Below, one piece after another: positions 10,409-18,939 of a DNA stretch of 64,000 nucleotides. Position 1 is the stretch's first letter. Every line of letters begins with the position of its first letter. Position numbers and translations under genes: made by a program. Below the pieces are notes generated by a model that did no database searches, was not told where the DNA came from, and worked only from the letters and a program-made list of their open reading frames with translations. Source of the stretch: an uncultured Chitinophagaceae bacterium (lineage in GTDB: Bacteria > Planctomycetota > Planctomycetia > Pirellulales > UBA1268); assembly GCA_964600785.1 (NCBI GenBank), contig CAZRKH010000005.1, positions 4,317 through 68,316 on the forward strand. The letters are read 5' to 3'.

Positions 10409-10777
10409 GCGGTTTGGTTGCGGTCGATGTGGCTGCCACCTTCAAGTCCGTTTCGGGGCCATCGAGCCCGGCAGACTTGATTCCTGTCGTACCGGATGCT
10501 ACCGTTTGACGATCCTTCGATGAAGGTGACGGAGAGGTGCCCTGCATATGGCCAGGGACATCCGCCACCGCGATCGCATCTTCTTGGAGCGGCCGTCGCT
10601 CGATATCGCCTCTTTCGGGTGGCGTTTCGAACGACATCTTTTCCGGCAGGCGGTGATCCATCGGATCCGCTGCAGAATTGTCGGCTGCCGCAGGCGTGAT
10701 TCCGGACGAGTGGTCCGCGATCCCGCGAGGGTTGTACACCCGCATTCCCGACGGCACACCTGAAAGCACCAGTTTCC

Positions 10778-12115
10778 ATGCATGTCATGACACTCACTCC
10801 GCCTGAGACCTCAGGCGACCCCCGCCCGCTGTTTGCCGACCTCGGCCTTTCACAGCCGCTGCTCGAGGCGGTCGAGGCCGAGGGCTACTCCACGCCCACG
10901 CCAATCCAGGCCAGGGCGATTCCCCACGTACTCGCCGGCCGGGATCTCTTTGGCTGCGGCCAGACCGGCACCGGCAAGACCGCGGCGTTTGCCCTGCCGC
11001 TGATCGAACGCATGCTCGCCTTACCACGGCCGCGGGCGGCCCGCGGCTGCCGCACCCTGGTGCTCGCCCCGACCCGCGAACTGGCAGGCCAGATCCATGC
11101 CAGTTTCCTGGCTTATGGTCGTCGGGCCCGTCTGACCGCAGCGGTGATTCATGGCGGGGTCAGCCAGCGGCCACAGGCCGCGGCGATGCGAAAGGGCGTT
11201 GACGTGCTCGTGGCCACTCCAGGACGGCTGCTCGACCTGGTGGGCCAGCGACTGGTCGACATCCGCGGCGTCGAGTTTCTCGTGCTCGACGAAGCTGACC
11301 GGATGCTCGACATGGGCTTCATCCACGACATGCGGCGAATCATAGAAATGCTGCCACGACGTCGACAGACGCTCTTCTTTTCCGCCACGCTGCCGACGGA
11401 GGTGCGAAGCCTGGCCTCGTCGATGCTTCGCGATCCGCTCGAGGTGATGGCCGCCCCGCGATCGACTCCGGCAGAATCGGTCGAGCAGTCGGTCCTCTTC
11501 GTCGCCAAGGAGCAGAAACGGGCGGCGTTGGTGCAGCTGCTCCGCGAGGAGGCCACCGGCCGGGTGATTGTCTTCACGCGAACCAAGCACGGGGCTGACA
11601 AGCTCCATCGCCTGCTCGACAAGGCGGGCCTCGTGGCCGCGGCGATCCACGGCAACAAGACCCAGGGGCAGCGGGAGCGGGCCCTCGCGGCATTCCGCTC
11701 GCCACGGCCGCCGGTACTGATCGCCACCGACATCGCTGCCCGCGGCATCGACGTGGAGCATGTCTCCCATGTGGTCAACTACGAGCTGCCCCACGAGCCG
11801 GAGACCTACGTGCACCGCATCGGGCGAACGGGCAGGGCGGGGCACTCGGGGGCGGCGGTGAGCTTTTGCGAGCCGGAGGAGTGGAACCGGCTGACGGCGA
11901 TCGAGCGGCTGCTGCGGCGGCCGATTCCCCGTCGCAACGAGCCACCCGCCGGGGTCGCCGAGCGGGCAGCTAGCGGCCAAGCTCGAGGCAGGCGAGGGTC
12001 GCATCGTCCCGCAGATAGAGCCTCCCGCCGGCGAGGGCGGGCAGCCCGCGGAGGGTCGCCTCCCGCGGGCGGCAGCGGGCGAGCACGCGGAGCCCGGCGG
12101 GGTCGGGCCGGATGA
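10778..12115 (+). CDS. DEAD-box ATP-dependent RNA helicase (RhlE-like) with Arg-rich C-terminal tail
   Basis: Q-motif TPTPIQ, Walker A GQTGTGKT, the DEAD box in VLDEADRMLDMGF, SAT, and HRIGRTGRAG. Confidence 0.92.
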   Translation: MHVMTLTPPETSGDPRPLFADLGLSQPLLEAVEAEGYSTPTPIQARAIPHVLAGRDLFGCGQTGTGKTAAFALPLIERMLALPRPRAARGCRTLVLAPTRELAGQIHASFLAYGRRARLTAAVIHGGVSQRPQAAAMRKGVDVLVATPGRLLDLVGQRLVDIRGVEFLVLDEADRMLDMGFIHDMRRIIEMLPRRRQTLFFSATLPTEVRSLASSMLRDPLEVMAAPRSTPAESVEQSVLFVAKEQKRAALVQLLREEATGRVIVFTRTKHGADKLHRLLDKAGLVAAAIHGNKTQGQRERALAAFRSPRPPVLIATDIAARGIDVEHVSHVVNYELPHEPETYVHRIGRTGRAGHSGAAVSFCEPEEWNRLTAIERLLRRPIPRRNEPPAGVAERAASGQARGRRGSHRPADRASRRRGRAARGGSPPAGGSGRARGARRGRAG

Positions 12116-13256
12116 GCAGCAGTTCGCCGTCGGTGGTGGCCGCGATCAGTTTGCCGTCGGCTGCGATCAGCGTGCCGTAGCCGAGGCCCGGCTCCCGCCA
12201 GCGAACCTCGCCGGTCGCCGGATCGAGGCAGACAAGGCTCGCCGGGGGCACGTCGTCGCGACCGTCAAAGCCGTAGAGCAGCCCGTCGACCAACAGCGGC
12301 GTGCAGTATTGGCTCGCCAGCGAATCGACACCCTTCCACAGCGGTGTGGCGTCATCGACATCGAAGGCCGCCGCCACCGAGCCGATGCCGTAGGCGGCGG
12401 TCACCAGCAATCGCGGCCGGTCTCCCGGCGGCAGCAGCACCGGCGTGGCCGCATTGACCGTCGGCCCCCGCATGCCAAAGGGAAACTCCCAGCGGACCCC
12501 GCCGTCGGCTGCGTCGAGCAGCAGACAGCGGTAGCGGGTCACCGCCAGCACATGCGGCCTGCCGCCGAGGCTGACCGCGATCGGTGCGGAATAGCCGGCC
12601 GGCTCCCGGGTCGCCGTCCAGCGGGTCGAGCCGTCGGCCAGGGCAACGGCCACGATCCCGGTCTCGCCCTTCGTGCCGCCGACGAACGTCACCACGCAAG
12701 CCGCCTCGCCCTCGCCCGTGACCAAGGGCGTGCTGCCGGCCCCGAAATAGCCCTCGCGGGCGTCAAACTCGCGGTGGGTCTGCCGCTGCCACAGCCGCCG
12801 ACCGGTGGCCAGCTCGTGGCAGGAGAGCATGCCCGTGGCTCCGTAGGTCACGACCCGTTCGCCGTGGACCACGGGTGTGCACAGCGGGCCGTCGCCGCCG
12901 CCGACCTGCGGGCGAAAACGGGTGGGGTGAGCATCCCGCCAGCGTGTCTGCCCGCTGGCCGCGTCGATCGCCTCGATGACCTCCTCGTCGCCGGACCCTC
13001 CACGGGACGCCTCGCGATGGAACACGACCACAGTCTCACCAACGACCACCGGGCCGGCGTAGCCGCGTCCGATCGGCCGTCGCCAGCGTGCCTTCGGACC
13101 CGTCTCCGGCCAGCTCTCGGCGATCCGCTCGTCGGCCGCGGCGTGCCCGTCGCGATGCGGCCCGAGCAGCTGCGGCCAGTCGCCCGCCCGGGCCACGGCG
13201 GCACCGAACGCGAGGATTCCGGCCGACAGCACCGCGAGGGACGTACGACGCACCAT
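11970..13256 (-). CDS. PQQ-like beta-propeller repeat protein (BamB/YxaL-like fold), secreted
   Basis: Start chosen at MVRRTSLAVLSAGILAFGAAVARA (signal peptide). The sequence has repeated W/G-rich blade segments (GDWPQLLGPHRDG, GQTRWR, GRRLWQ, GSTRW, GGVRWEF, GEVRWRE, GRLYLRDD). Confidence 0.8.
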   Translation of the reverse strand: MVRRTSLAVLSAGILAFGAAVARAGDWPQLLGPHRDGHAAADERIAESWPETGPKARWRRPIGRGYAGPVVVGETVVVFHREASRGGSGDEEVIEAIDAASGQTRWRDAHPTRFRPQVGGGDGPLCTPVVHGERVVTYGATGMLSCHELATGRRLWQRQTHREFDAREGYFGAGSTPLVTGEGEAACVVTFVGGTKGETGIVAVALADGSTRWTATREPAGYSAPIAVSLGGRPHVLAVTRYRCLLLDAADGGVRWEFPFGMRGPTVNAATPVLLPPGDRPRLLVTAAYGIGSVAAAFDVDDATPLWKGVDSLASQYCTPLLVDGLLYGFDGRDDVPPASLVCLDPATGEVRWREPGLGYGTLIAADGKLIAATTDGELLLIRPDPAGLRVLARCRPREATLRGLPALAGGRLYLRDDATLACLELGR

Positions 13257-13498
13257 CAGAAGCCTCACTCGCCGATGACGTTGATGCGGACCGGCACGCA
13301 ACACCCGCTGGATACCCGGCCATGGACGGGGGCAGGCAGTCTCGGCGGCCTGCATCGATCCCTGCGTGAGTTTTTGATGAAAAGCCGGCTCGCCGCAACC
13401 CGGCGGCCTGTCGCGGGGCAATACTTCGCCTCGGGCCGGTTGCTGCCGTGGGCCGATTCATTCAGCCACGCCCGCGATTTCTCCTGGAAACACAAGCC

Positions 13499-16033
13499 AT
13501 GCCAGTTCAGTCGAAGGCCGATCTGCTCGAATGCTACGAGGTCGGCTCGCTCCGCTTTCCCGACCGCGACTACTACGACCGCCATCTCGTGCTCAACCAT
13601 GTCGTGCTGCCCGACGCGGCCAGCCAGCGAGAGCGGTTTGAGGCGGTGGCCCGCACGCTGCGTGACCTGCTCGCCCAGCGATGGATGCTGACGCAGGCCG
13701 AGTATGACCGCAGAAATCCCAAGCAGGTCTACTACCTCTCGATGGAGTTTCTCATCGGGCGGATGCTCGAGAACAACATCGCGGCCCTCGGGGTGGAGCG
13801 ATTCGTCCGGGAAGATCTGCGGTCTGACCCGCTGCAAGACTGGTCGGGCATCGTGGAGAGTGAGCCAGACGCGGGCCTGGGCAACGGTGGCCTCGGGCGG
13901 CTCGCCGCCTGCTTCATCGACTCGATGGCGACCCTCGGGCTGCCGGCCACCGCCTACGGCCTGCGGTACGACTTCGGCATCTTTCGGCAGCGTATCGAGG
14001 ACGGCCGCCAGATCGAACAGCCTGACAATTGGCTGGCCTGTCCCGATCCCTGGGAGGTGGTCAGGCCCAGCCGAGGTGTGGCTGTCGGCTTCGCCTGCGG
14101 GTTCGCACTGCACGGCGGCCAGATCGATCTGGTCCGCAACCATTCCTTCCAGTTCAAGGGTGTGCCGTATGACCGGCCGGTCGTCGGCCATGGAGGCCGC
14201 ACGATCAACACGCTGCGGCTGTGGCGAGCGGCCACGGCCGACGTCTTCGATTTCGGCCAGTTTTCGGGAGGTGATTTCTTCGGGGCGGTCTCCGACAAGG
14301 TGCTCGCCGAGACGGTGACCCGCGTGCTCTACCCCGATGATTCCACCCCCCGCGGCCGCTCGCTGCGATTCATCCAGGAGTTTTTCCTCGTCCGCTGCTC
14401 GCTGGCCGACATCATTCGCCGCTTCCGTCACCGCGGCAACGACTGGAGCGAACTGCCGGCGAAGGTCGCGATCCAGCTCAACGACACCCATCCCTCGATG
14501 GCGGTGGCCGAACTGATGCGGATCCTGCTCGACGAGGCGGGCCTGGGCTGGGACGAGGCCTGGGAGCTTTGTGTCGGCACCCTCGCCTACACCAACCACA
14601 CGCTCCTGCCGGAGGCGCTGGAGAAGTGGCCGGTCGAGCTGTTTGAGCGGCTCCTGCCGCGGCACCTGGAGCTGATCTACGAGATCAATCGTCGCTTCCT
14701 CGACGACGTCCGCCGGGAGCACCCCGGCGACGAACAACGTGTGGCCCGCATGAGCCTGATCGAGGAGGGGCCGCACCGCCGCGTACGGATGGCCCACCTG
14801 GCGGTGGTCGGCAGCCACAGCACCAACGGCGTGGCCGCGATCCACAGCAGGCTCCTGCAGGAGACGACGTTGCGGGACTTCGCCGAGATGTATCCCGAAC
14901 GCTTCAACAACAAGACCAACGGCATCACCCCCCGCCGCTGGCTGCTGGTGGCCAACCCGCCGCTGGCGGACCTGATCACCGAAGCGATCGGCGACGGCTG
15001 GATTACCGACCTCACGCAGCTCGAACGGCTCGCGCCGCTTGCCGAAGACGCTCCCTTTCGTGCTCGCTTCCTGGAGGCGAAGCGGCAGGCGAAGCTGCGG
15101 CTGGTCGACTGGCTGGCGGCCACCCGTGGGATCAAGCTCGACCCCGAGACCCTCATCGACTGCCAGATCAAGCGGATCCACGAATACAAGCGGCAGCTGC
15201 TCGCCGCGATCGGGATCGTGGCCACCTACGACCGCCTGCGGAGCGACCCGCAGCTGGAAATCCCGCCGCAGACCTACCTCTTCGCGGGCAAGGCGGCCCC
15301 CGCCTACCATCTCGCCAAGGTGATCATCCGGCTGATCACCGCCATCGGCCGGGTGGTGAATCGGGATCCGCTCATCCGTGGGCGGCTGCGGGTCGAGTTT
15401 TTGCCCGATTACTCGGTGACCCTCGCGGAGCGAATGATTCCCGCGGCGGACGTGTCGGAGCAGATCTCGACCGCCGGCTACGAGGCCAGCGGAACGAGCA
15501 ACATGAAATTCATGCTCAACGGGGCGATCACCGTGGGCACCCGCGACGGGGCGACCGTCGAGATGGCCGAGGCGGTCGGCGAGGAGAACATCATGCTCTT
15601 CGGGCTTTCCGCGGAGGAAGTCGCGGCAAGCCGGGGCTGGTACAGCCCCCACTGGCACTACCACCACGAACCGGAGACGAAAGCCGCCCTCGACCTGATC
15701 TTCAACAACCACTTCAGCCACGACGAGCCGGGCTGCTTCGAGCCGATTCGCGAGGCGATCATGCACCACGGCGACCCCTACATGCACCTCGCCGATTTCA
15801 GCAGTTATCTCGAGGCCAAACAGCGGATCTGGGCGCTCTATGCCGATCCGCACCGGTGGGCGGCCGTCGCGATCCGCAACGTGGCCGCGGCCGGGCGATT
15901 CTCGAGCGACCGCACGATCGCGGAATATGCCCGCGACATCTGGCGGGTTGAGCCTTGTCCGGTGCAAACGACCTGCGAGCTGCCCGTTGCCCACCCCGGG
16001 GAGCCGACGGCCACCGTTTCACCGAGCTGGTGA
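13499..16033 (+). CDS. glgP: Glycogen/maltodextrin phosphorylase
   Basis: YYLSMEFLIGR, EPDAGLGNGGLGRLAACF, NDTHP, the EISTAGYEASGTSNMKFMLNGA region with the PLP lysine, and RTIAEYARDIW. Confidence 0.95.
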   Translation: MPVQSKADLLECYEVGSLRFPDRDYYDRHLVLNHVVLPDAASQRERFEAVARTLRDLLAQRWMLTQAEYDRRNPKQVYYLSMEFLIGRMLENNIAALGVERFVREDLRSDPLQDWSGIVESEPDAGLGNGGLGRLAACFIDSMATLGLPATAYGLRYDFGIFRQRIEDGRQIEQPDNWLACPDPWEVVRPSRGVAVGFACGFALHGGQIDLVRNHSFQFKGVPYDRPVVGHGGRTINTLRLWRAATADVFDFGQFSGGDFFGAVSDKVLAETVTRVLYPDDSTPRGRSLRFIQEFFLVRCSLADIIRRFRHRGNDWSELPAKVAIQLNDTHPSMAVAELMRILLDEAGLGWDEAWELCVGTLAYTNHTLLPEALEKWPVELFERLLPRHLELIYEINRRFLDDVRREHPGDEQRVARMSLIEEGPHRRVRMAHLAVVGSHSTNGVAAIHSRLLQETTLRDFAEMYPERFNNKTNGITPRRWLLVANPPLADLITEAIGDGWITDLTQLERLAPLAEDAPFRARFLEAKRQAKLRLVDWLAATRGIKLDPETLIDCQIKRIHEYKRQLLAAIGIVATYDRLRSDPQLEIPPQTYLFAGKAAPAYHLAKVIIRLITAIGRVVNRDPLIRGRLRVEFLPDYSVTLAERMIPAADVSEQISTAGYEASGTSNMKFMLNGAITVGTRDGATVEMAEAVGEENIMLFGLSAEEVAASRGWYSPHWHYHHEPETKAALDLIFNNHFSHDEPGCFEPIREAIMHHGDPYMHLADFSSYLEAKQRIWALYADPHRWAAVAIRNVAAAGRFSSDRTIAEYARDIWRVEPCPVQTTCELPVAHPGEPTATVSPSW

Positions 16034-16704
16034 TTGCGGTAGCGTTGACAGAAGCCGCGGCGGGTCGCGGCCGAAGGCTGCTGGAATCCGCCGTGAGCGA
16101 GACACCCCCCGACCTGGCCATCCTCCGCGAACTGCTTCCCGGCCCGATCGAGCCGCTCTGGCGGCGGCTGGCGATGGAACTTGCCACGGCGGCAGCCTCC
16201 GGGCGGCATCCGCTGCACCTGGTCGTTGTCGCGTCGCTCGATGCCCGCGGCGGGGCTGCTGCCCGCACCGTGGTCTTGCGGGGCTTCGACGAGGCGGCCC
16301 GGCTGGCAAGCTTCCACACCGACCGTCGCAGCCCCAAGCTGGCGGGGCTGGCCCGCGATCCGCGGCTCACGCTTCTGTGGTACGACGAGCCATCGCGGCT
16401 GCAGATCCGCATCCCCGCCGAGGCCACGATCCATCACGCCGACCGGGTCGCTCGGGATGCCTGGGAGGCGGCCGCGGCGATGAGCCGGGCTTGTTACGCC
16501 TCGCAGCATGCCCCGGGCGAGGAACTGACCCGGCCAACTCCGGCACCATCACCACACGATCCCGAAAACGGCTTCGACAACTTCGCAGTTGTCTGCTGTC
16601 GCTTCAGGGCCGTGGAACTGCTCGCGCTCGATGCCGCCGGCCACCGACGGCGGAGGATCGATCTTGCGGGTCAGACGCCGCAGGGAGCCTGGCTGGCCCC
16701 GTGA
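16030..16704 (+). CDS. Pyridoxamine 5'-phosphate oxidase-like (PdxH-like split-barrel FMN-binding) protein
   Basis: RTVVLRGFDEAARLASFHTDRRSPKLAGLARDPRLTLLWYDEPSRLQIRIPAEATI parallels the PdxH core ([24 protein letters not shown]...LLFYW...RQVRIEG), recalled from memory. The start is uncertain. GTG 16030 would overlap the glgP stop (GTGA). Confidence 0.6.
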   Translation: MIAVALTEAAAGRGRRLLESAVSETPPDLAILRELLPGPIEPLWRRLAMELATAAASGRHPLHLVVVASLDARGGAAARTVVLRGFDEAARLASFHTDRRSPKLAGLARDPRLTLLWYDEPSRLQIRIPAEATIHHADRVARDAWEAAAAMSRACYASQHAPGEELTRPTPAPSPHDPENGFDNFAVVCCRFRAVELLALDAAGHRRRRIDLAGQTPQGAWLAP

Positions 16705-16734
16705 GCCCACGATCGCCCTGACTCGAATCGACAT

Positions 16735-16929
16735 TCATTCTTCGCGGCGGCGACGGCGGGCATCGCGACGGCGGCGGGCCTCGCGCCTGGCCACCCGTTT
16801 GATCTCGTCTTCCATGACACGATTGATCGCCTCGTCGACATCACGGCGGGTGGCGATTCCCATGTCGATGAGCATCTGCATCCAGCCCTGTTCGTAATCG
16901 TGAAGCCGCGACTTGAGTCGTTCGCCCAT
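16735..16929 (-). CDS. Small hypothetical protein (64 aa) with helical N-terminal part and Arg-rich tail
   Basis: The ATG at 16929 is preceded by AGGAGG about 8 nt upstream on the coding strand. The N-terminal 45 aa have non-degenerate composition (MGERLKSRLHDYEQGWMQMLIDMGIATRRDVDEAINRVMEDEIKRV). Confidence 0.5.
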   Translation of the reverse strand: MGERLKSRLHDYEQGWMQMLIDMGIATRRDVDEAINRVMEDEIKRVARREARRRRDARRRRREE

Positions 16930-17044
16930 TCGGGGGTCCCTCCTGCCCGCCGGTAATTCTCTGCGGAACGCCGGATTCTAGAAGGAGCCCCGGCAAGGAC
17001 ACGCCGGCGGCTGGGGGGGCGGTTTTTCCCGTTTTTTCCGCCCC

Positions 17045-17881
17045 TCAGTCCGCCTTTCGCCAGCAGGACACTTCCGCGAAGGTGTGCTGATGCTTGCGGG
17101 CGGTCTCACGGATCACGAAGGGCAGATCGCAGCGGGCTTCGAGGTCGAAGCGATCGCCGAGGGACAGACCGATCCCTTCGAGCGTGCGTCTCGGGCGGCC
17201 ATCGACGACTCGCCCGCCAAGCCATCGATCCGGAGGCGTGTAGTCGGCAAGCCAGGTGTAGGGCGAGGTGATTACCAGCAGACCGCCCGGCTGCAGCCGC
17301 CCGCCAAGCCCCTCCAGAAAGGCGGCCGGGTCGTAGAGCCGGTCGATGAGGTTCCCGGCGAAGACGACATCATATCCGCTCAGCGAGGGATCGAGCCGAC
17401 AGGCGTCGCCCTCGGCAAAATGCACTCGCTGCCGGACCTCGGCGAGCCCGAGCGACGCGAGGTCAATCCTCCTCGGCTCGGTGAGGCTGCCCTCGATGAC
17501 CACCTCGTAGTCCACCACCGGCTCAGACTGCACGCGACGGCAGGCGTCGATGAAGCTCGCCGAAAAGTCGATCGCATCGACCCGCCCCACGAGTCTCGCC
17601 AGTTCAAAACTGGCCCGGCCGACGGCGCAGCCCACGTCGAGCCCCCGGTCGGTACCTCGCAGCCGTCCGGCAACCTCGGCGATTGCCGCAGCCGGGAAGT
17701 TGGCGACGCCCAGGGCAGTGGGGCCGTAGTGAAACTCGAGATACTCGGCGACCGCCCGCTCGGTTTCATAGAGCCGCGATCCTGGCGTGACCGCCACGCC
17801 GGCGGGCTGCGGGGGCGTGCTTGCGTTGTGCATCTTGCCGCTCATGTTGCCGCTCATGTTGCCACTCATGTTGCCACTCAT
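17045..17881 (-). CDS. Class I SAM-dependent methyltransferase resembling the C-terminal (putative 4-mercaptohistidine N1-methyltransferase) domain of OvoA, stand-alone
   Basis: LYETERAVAEYLEFHYGP...GLDVGCAVGRASFELA (SAM motif I)...YDVVFAGNLIDRLYDP...GGLLVITSPYTWL. The family assignment is from memory of the OvoA C-terminal domain pattern. The start is taken at the first ATG of the MSGN repeat, 9 nt after the upstream stop. The 396-aa ORF extension overlaps the upstream gene. Confidence 0.75.
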   Translation of the reverse strand: MSGNMSGNMSGNMSGKMHNASTPPQPAGVAVTPGSRLYETERAVAEYLEFHYGPTALGVANFPAAAIAEVAGRLRGTDRGLDVGCAVGRASFELARLVGRVDAIDFSASFIDACRRVQSEPVVDYEVVIEGSLTEPRRIDLASLGLAEVRQRVHFAEGDACRLDPSLSGYDVVFAGNLIDRLYDPAAFLEGLGGRLQPGGLLVITSPYTWLADYTPPDRWLGGRVVDGRPRRTLEGIGLSLGDRFDLEARCDLPFVIRETARKHQHTFAEVSCWRKAD

Positions 17882-17890
17882 GTTGCCGCT
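17831..17890 (-). repeat. Five tandem copies of a 12-bp unit (plus-strand CATGTTGCC[G/A]CT, first copy CATCTTGCCGCT) encoding (MSGN)4-MSGK
   Basis: Read directly from the sequence: units at 17831, 17843, 17855, 17867 and 17879. Each carries an in-frame ATG on the minus strand. Confidence 0.95.
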
Positions 17891-18939
17891 CAGGGCGTTC
17901 GCCCCGTTGCCTGTCGGCCAGCCCCGCCGGCGAGTCTGTCGGTTGCCAGCAGTTGCTCGAGGCGATCGGTCGCCGCGAGGCCTTCGAGCAGGCCCGGCGG
18001 GATCCCCGCGGCGGCGGCCAGCAGCGATCCGACCACCGCCCCACGGTGGCAGCTGTCGCCGCCGACCATGGCGTTGCTCATGACACCCGCGGTGAAATCG
18101 GAGGCGTGCCGCCAGGCGAGAAAGAGAGCGGCCGGGAACGCGTCGGGGATGTAGCAGGCCGGGCTGAGCACCCGTCCGACGACGACCGCGTCGGGATAGC
18201 GGTCCCAGTCGCTCGTCTTCGCCGCCGAGATCCATTCGTGGCCCTCGTCGAGCATCGCCGAGCGGAGCGGCTCGCCCGCCTCGACCCGCACCAGGAGCCG
18301 CACGAGCACATCGGCGGCCCGCAGCACGCCGGAATCGCGGTGGGTCAGCCCCACGTGTTCCTGCACGATCCGCCGCAGCTCCGGCAGACTCGGCTCAAAG
18401 GGCCGCATCGCGTCGAGGATCGCCGGCACCGGCACCAGCCCGCCGATGTGCACATCAACGCCCCCACAGGCCCGCGGCTTGCGGCCGGCGGCAAGGCTCG
18501 CAAAGAACGTGCGGTGGTATTCCTCGACATAGGTGTCGCGGTGGCGGCCCGGGGTGAGCATGAAATCGATGTATCGCTCGAGCCAGCGGTCGGCGTCGTA
18601 GCCGCCTTCCTCGCGGATGCAGGCGGCGAGTTCGAGGGCCAAACGGGCGTTGAGGGTGTTCTCACCGGCCTGGAGAAACTGGTGATAGTGGATACCCCGC
18701 TGGCCCCAGTAGCGAGCCTGCTCTCGAAGGATGTCGCCCCGCGGCCCGGCCGGCTCGTAGCGGCTCCGCCAGAGGATGCTGTCGGGGTGGGGGGATTTCG
18801 GCGGCAGGTAGCCGGATATCTCGCCGTAGTCCCGCCGCAGGGCCTCGCGGTCGTAATACCAGTGCACCGGCATCGCGATCGCGTCGGCCACCAGCGAGCC
18901 GGCGAGAGGCGAGCGGGAGAGATCGGGATCGTTCATCAC
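17890..18939 (-). CDS. ADP-ribosylglycohydrolase-family protein (divergent active-site motifs)
   Basis: 349 aa. The N-terminal LAGSLVADAIAMPVHWYYD and C-terminal NAMVGGDSCHRGAVVGSLLAAAAG correspond to the two conserved ARH-fold motifs but carry substitutions. ATGA overlap with the upstream ATPase gene. Confidence 0.8.
   Translation of the reverse strand: MMNDPDLSRSPLAGSLVADAIAMPVHWYYDREALRRDYGEISGYLPPKSPHPDSILWRSRYEPAGPRGDILREQARYWGQRGIHYHQFLQAGENTLNARLALELAACIREEGGYDADRWLERYIDFMLTPGRHRDTYVEEYHRTFFASLAAGRKPRACGGVDVHIGGLVPVPAILDAMRPFEPSLPELRRIVQEHVGLTHRDSGVLRAADVLVRLLVRVEAGEPLRSAMLDEGHEWISAAKTSDWDRYPDAVVVGRVLSPACYIPDAFPAALFLAWRHASDFTAGVMSNAMVGGDSCHRGAVVGSLLAAAAGIPPGLLEGLAATDRLEQLLATDRLAGGAGRQATGRTP

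Noticed and set aside
10338-10769. 143-aa minus-strand ORF with fairly normal amino-acid composition in the cheY/helicase gap
   Set aside because: It has a GTG start without a clear SD, overlaps the 3' end of cheY by about 70 nt, and has a much weaker G/C third-position bias (about 70% in the first 13 codons) than real genes here. No motifs were found. It is kept only as part of the non-coding-region finding.
13265-15994. 909-aa ORF on the minus strand, antisense to glgP
   Set aside because: It fully overlaps a gene with unmistakable glycogen phosphorylase motifs. Its translation is Arg/Gly/Pro/Val/Asp-rich with no motifs. This is a typical stop-free antisense frame in very GC-rich DNA.
17882-18235. 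N-terminal extension of the methyltransferase ORF (396-aa version)
   Set aside because: The extension is Arg/Gly/Pro-rich and overlaps the well-supported ADP-ribosylglycohydrolase gene in another frame. The conserved methyltransferase core begins just after the MSGN repeat.
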